IMG/VR virus record: IMGVR_UViG_2778261344_000012
Direction: 5' to 3' (one strand)
Length of the DNA: 14,862 bases
From: a virus
Lineage: Duplodnaviria; Heunggongvirae; Uroviricota; Caudoviricetes
Numbering within the stretch: position 1 is the stretch's first letter; every line of letters begins with the position of its first letter. A model generated the notes under the pieces. The model was given only the letters and a program-made list of their open reading frames with translations. It made no database searches and was not told the DNA's origin. Below, piece by piece: positions 14,291 through 14,862 of the stretch. A program made the position numbers and the translations under genes.

Positions 14291-14748
14291 GCAGAGTAAC
14301 CGCGATTATATCCGCTCTGATTATCTGCATCATCGTCAGCCTGTCATGGGCGGTCAATCATTACCGTGATAACGCAATCGCCTACAAAGCCCAGCGCGAC
14401 AAAAATGCCAGAGAACTGAAGCTAGCGAACGCGGCAATTACTGACATGCAGATGCGTCAGCGTGATGTTGCTGCGCTCGATGCAAAATACACGAAGGAGT
14501 TAGCTGATGCGAAAGCTGAAAATGATGCTCTGCGTGATGATGTTGCCGCTGGTCGTCGTCGGTTGCACATCAAAGCAGTCTGTCAGTCAGTGCGTGAAGC
14601 CACCACGGCCTCCGGCGTGGATAATGCAGCCTCCCCCCGACTGGCAGACACCGCTGAACGGGATTATTTCACCCTCAGAGAGAGGCTGAACACTATGCAA
14701 AAACAACTGGAAGGAACCCAGAAGTATATTAATGAGCAGTGCAGATAG
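14287..14748 (+). CDS. Rz: Rz i-spanin, 153 aa
   Basis: From GTG 14287: [54 protein letters not shown]...YINEQCR, near-identical to lambda Rz as I recall it; N-terminal transmembrane segment plus coiled coil. Confidence 0.85.
14507..14689 (+). CDS. Rz1: Rz1 o-spanin lipoprotein, embedded in the +1 frame of Rz, 60 aa
   Basis: [24 protein letters not shown]...: signal peptide with lipobox (VVGC) and Pro-rich mature part, entirely within Rz. Confidence 0.8.
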   Translation: MRKLKMMLCVMMLPLVVVGCTSKQSVSQCVKPPRPPAWIMQPPPDWQTPLNGIISPSERG

Positions 14749-14779
14749 AGCTGACCATATCGATGGGCAACTCATGCAA

Positions 14780-14862
14780 TTATTTTGAGCAATACACACG
14801 CGCTTCCAGCGGAGTATAAATGCCTAAAGTAATAAAACCGAGCAATCCATTTACGAATGTTT
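14780..14862 (-). CDS. bor: Bor-like lipoprotein, C-terminal 27 codons (partial; gene continues past window end)
   Basis: Minus-strand translation ending ...TFVNGLLGFITLGIYTPLEARVYCSK-stop matches the C-terminus of lambda Bor (serum-resistance lipoprotein) as I recall it; position after Rz is as in lambda. Confidence 0.6.
   Translation of the reverse strand, partial: TFVNGLLGFITLGIYTPLEARVYCSK

Noticed and set aside
14587-14799. 70-aa minus-strand ORF overlapping Rz/Rz1
   Set aside because: Antisense to two well-supported overlapping lysis genes; no independent support.
1-14862. tRNA genes, CRISPR arrays, rRNA
   Set aside because: Scanning by eye found no T-loop-like GGTTCGANTCC motifs in a tRNA-sized context and no regularly spaced direct repeats of CRISPR type; the only periodic repeats are the ori iterons.

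Overview
This window reads as most of a lambdoid (E. coli-type) prophage, from a disrupted integration module to the lysis cassette. Left to right: the inverted-repeat end and OrfA start of an IS3-family element (IS629/IS1203-like) that truncates the prophage integrase; xis; a translationally coupled leftward early operon (small hypotheticals, an HD-domain hydrolase, a DUF2303-like protein); a GC-rich, heavily structured ~460-bp non-coding stretch; a low-GC plus-strand ORF bracketed by a 19-bp inverted repeat and sitting antisense inside the presumed PL transcription unit; OL-like operators; a cI-type S24 repressor; OR-like operators; cro; a CII-like gene; an O-like replication initiator with internal iterons; a nin-like block (Dam-type methyltransferase, LexA-DNA-binding-domain-only protein, RusA, KilA-N protein, DUF968/HNH-like protein); Q antiterminator; a hairpin-rich leader region; an oppositely oriented OmpC/NmpC-family porin with a long AT-rich upstream region; then pinholin, SAR endolysin, Rz/Rz1 and the 3' end of a Bor-like gene. 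The best candidate for something undescribed is the inverted-repeat-flanked ORF (3931..4422) together with the adjacent structured region (3437..3900), in the immunity-region position where lambdoid phages usually carry lysogen-expressed exclusion or defence genes. All calls rest on reading the sequence and recalled family knowledge; no searches were run.
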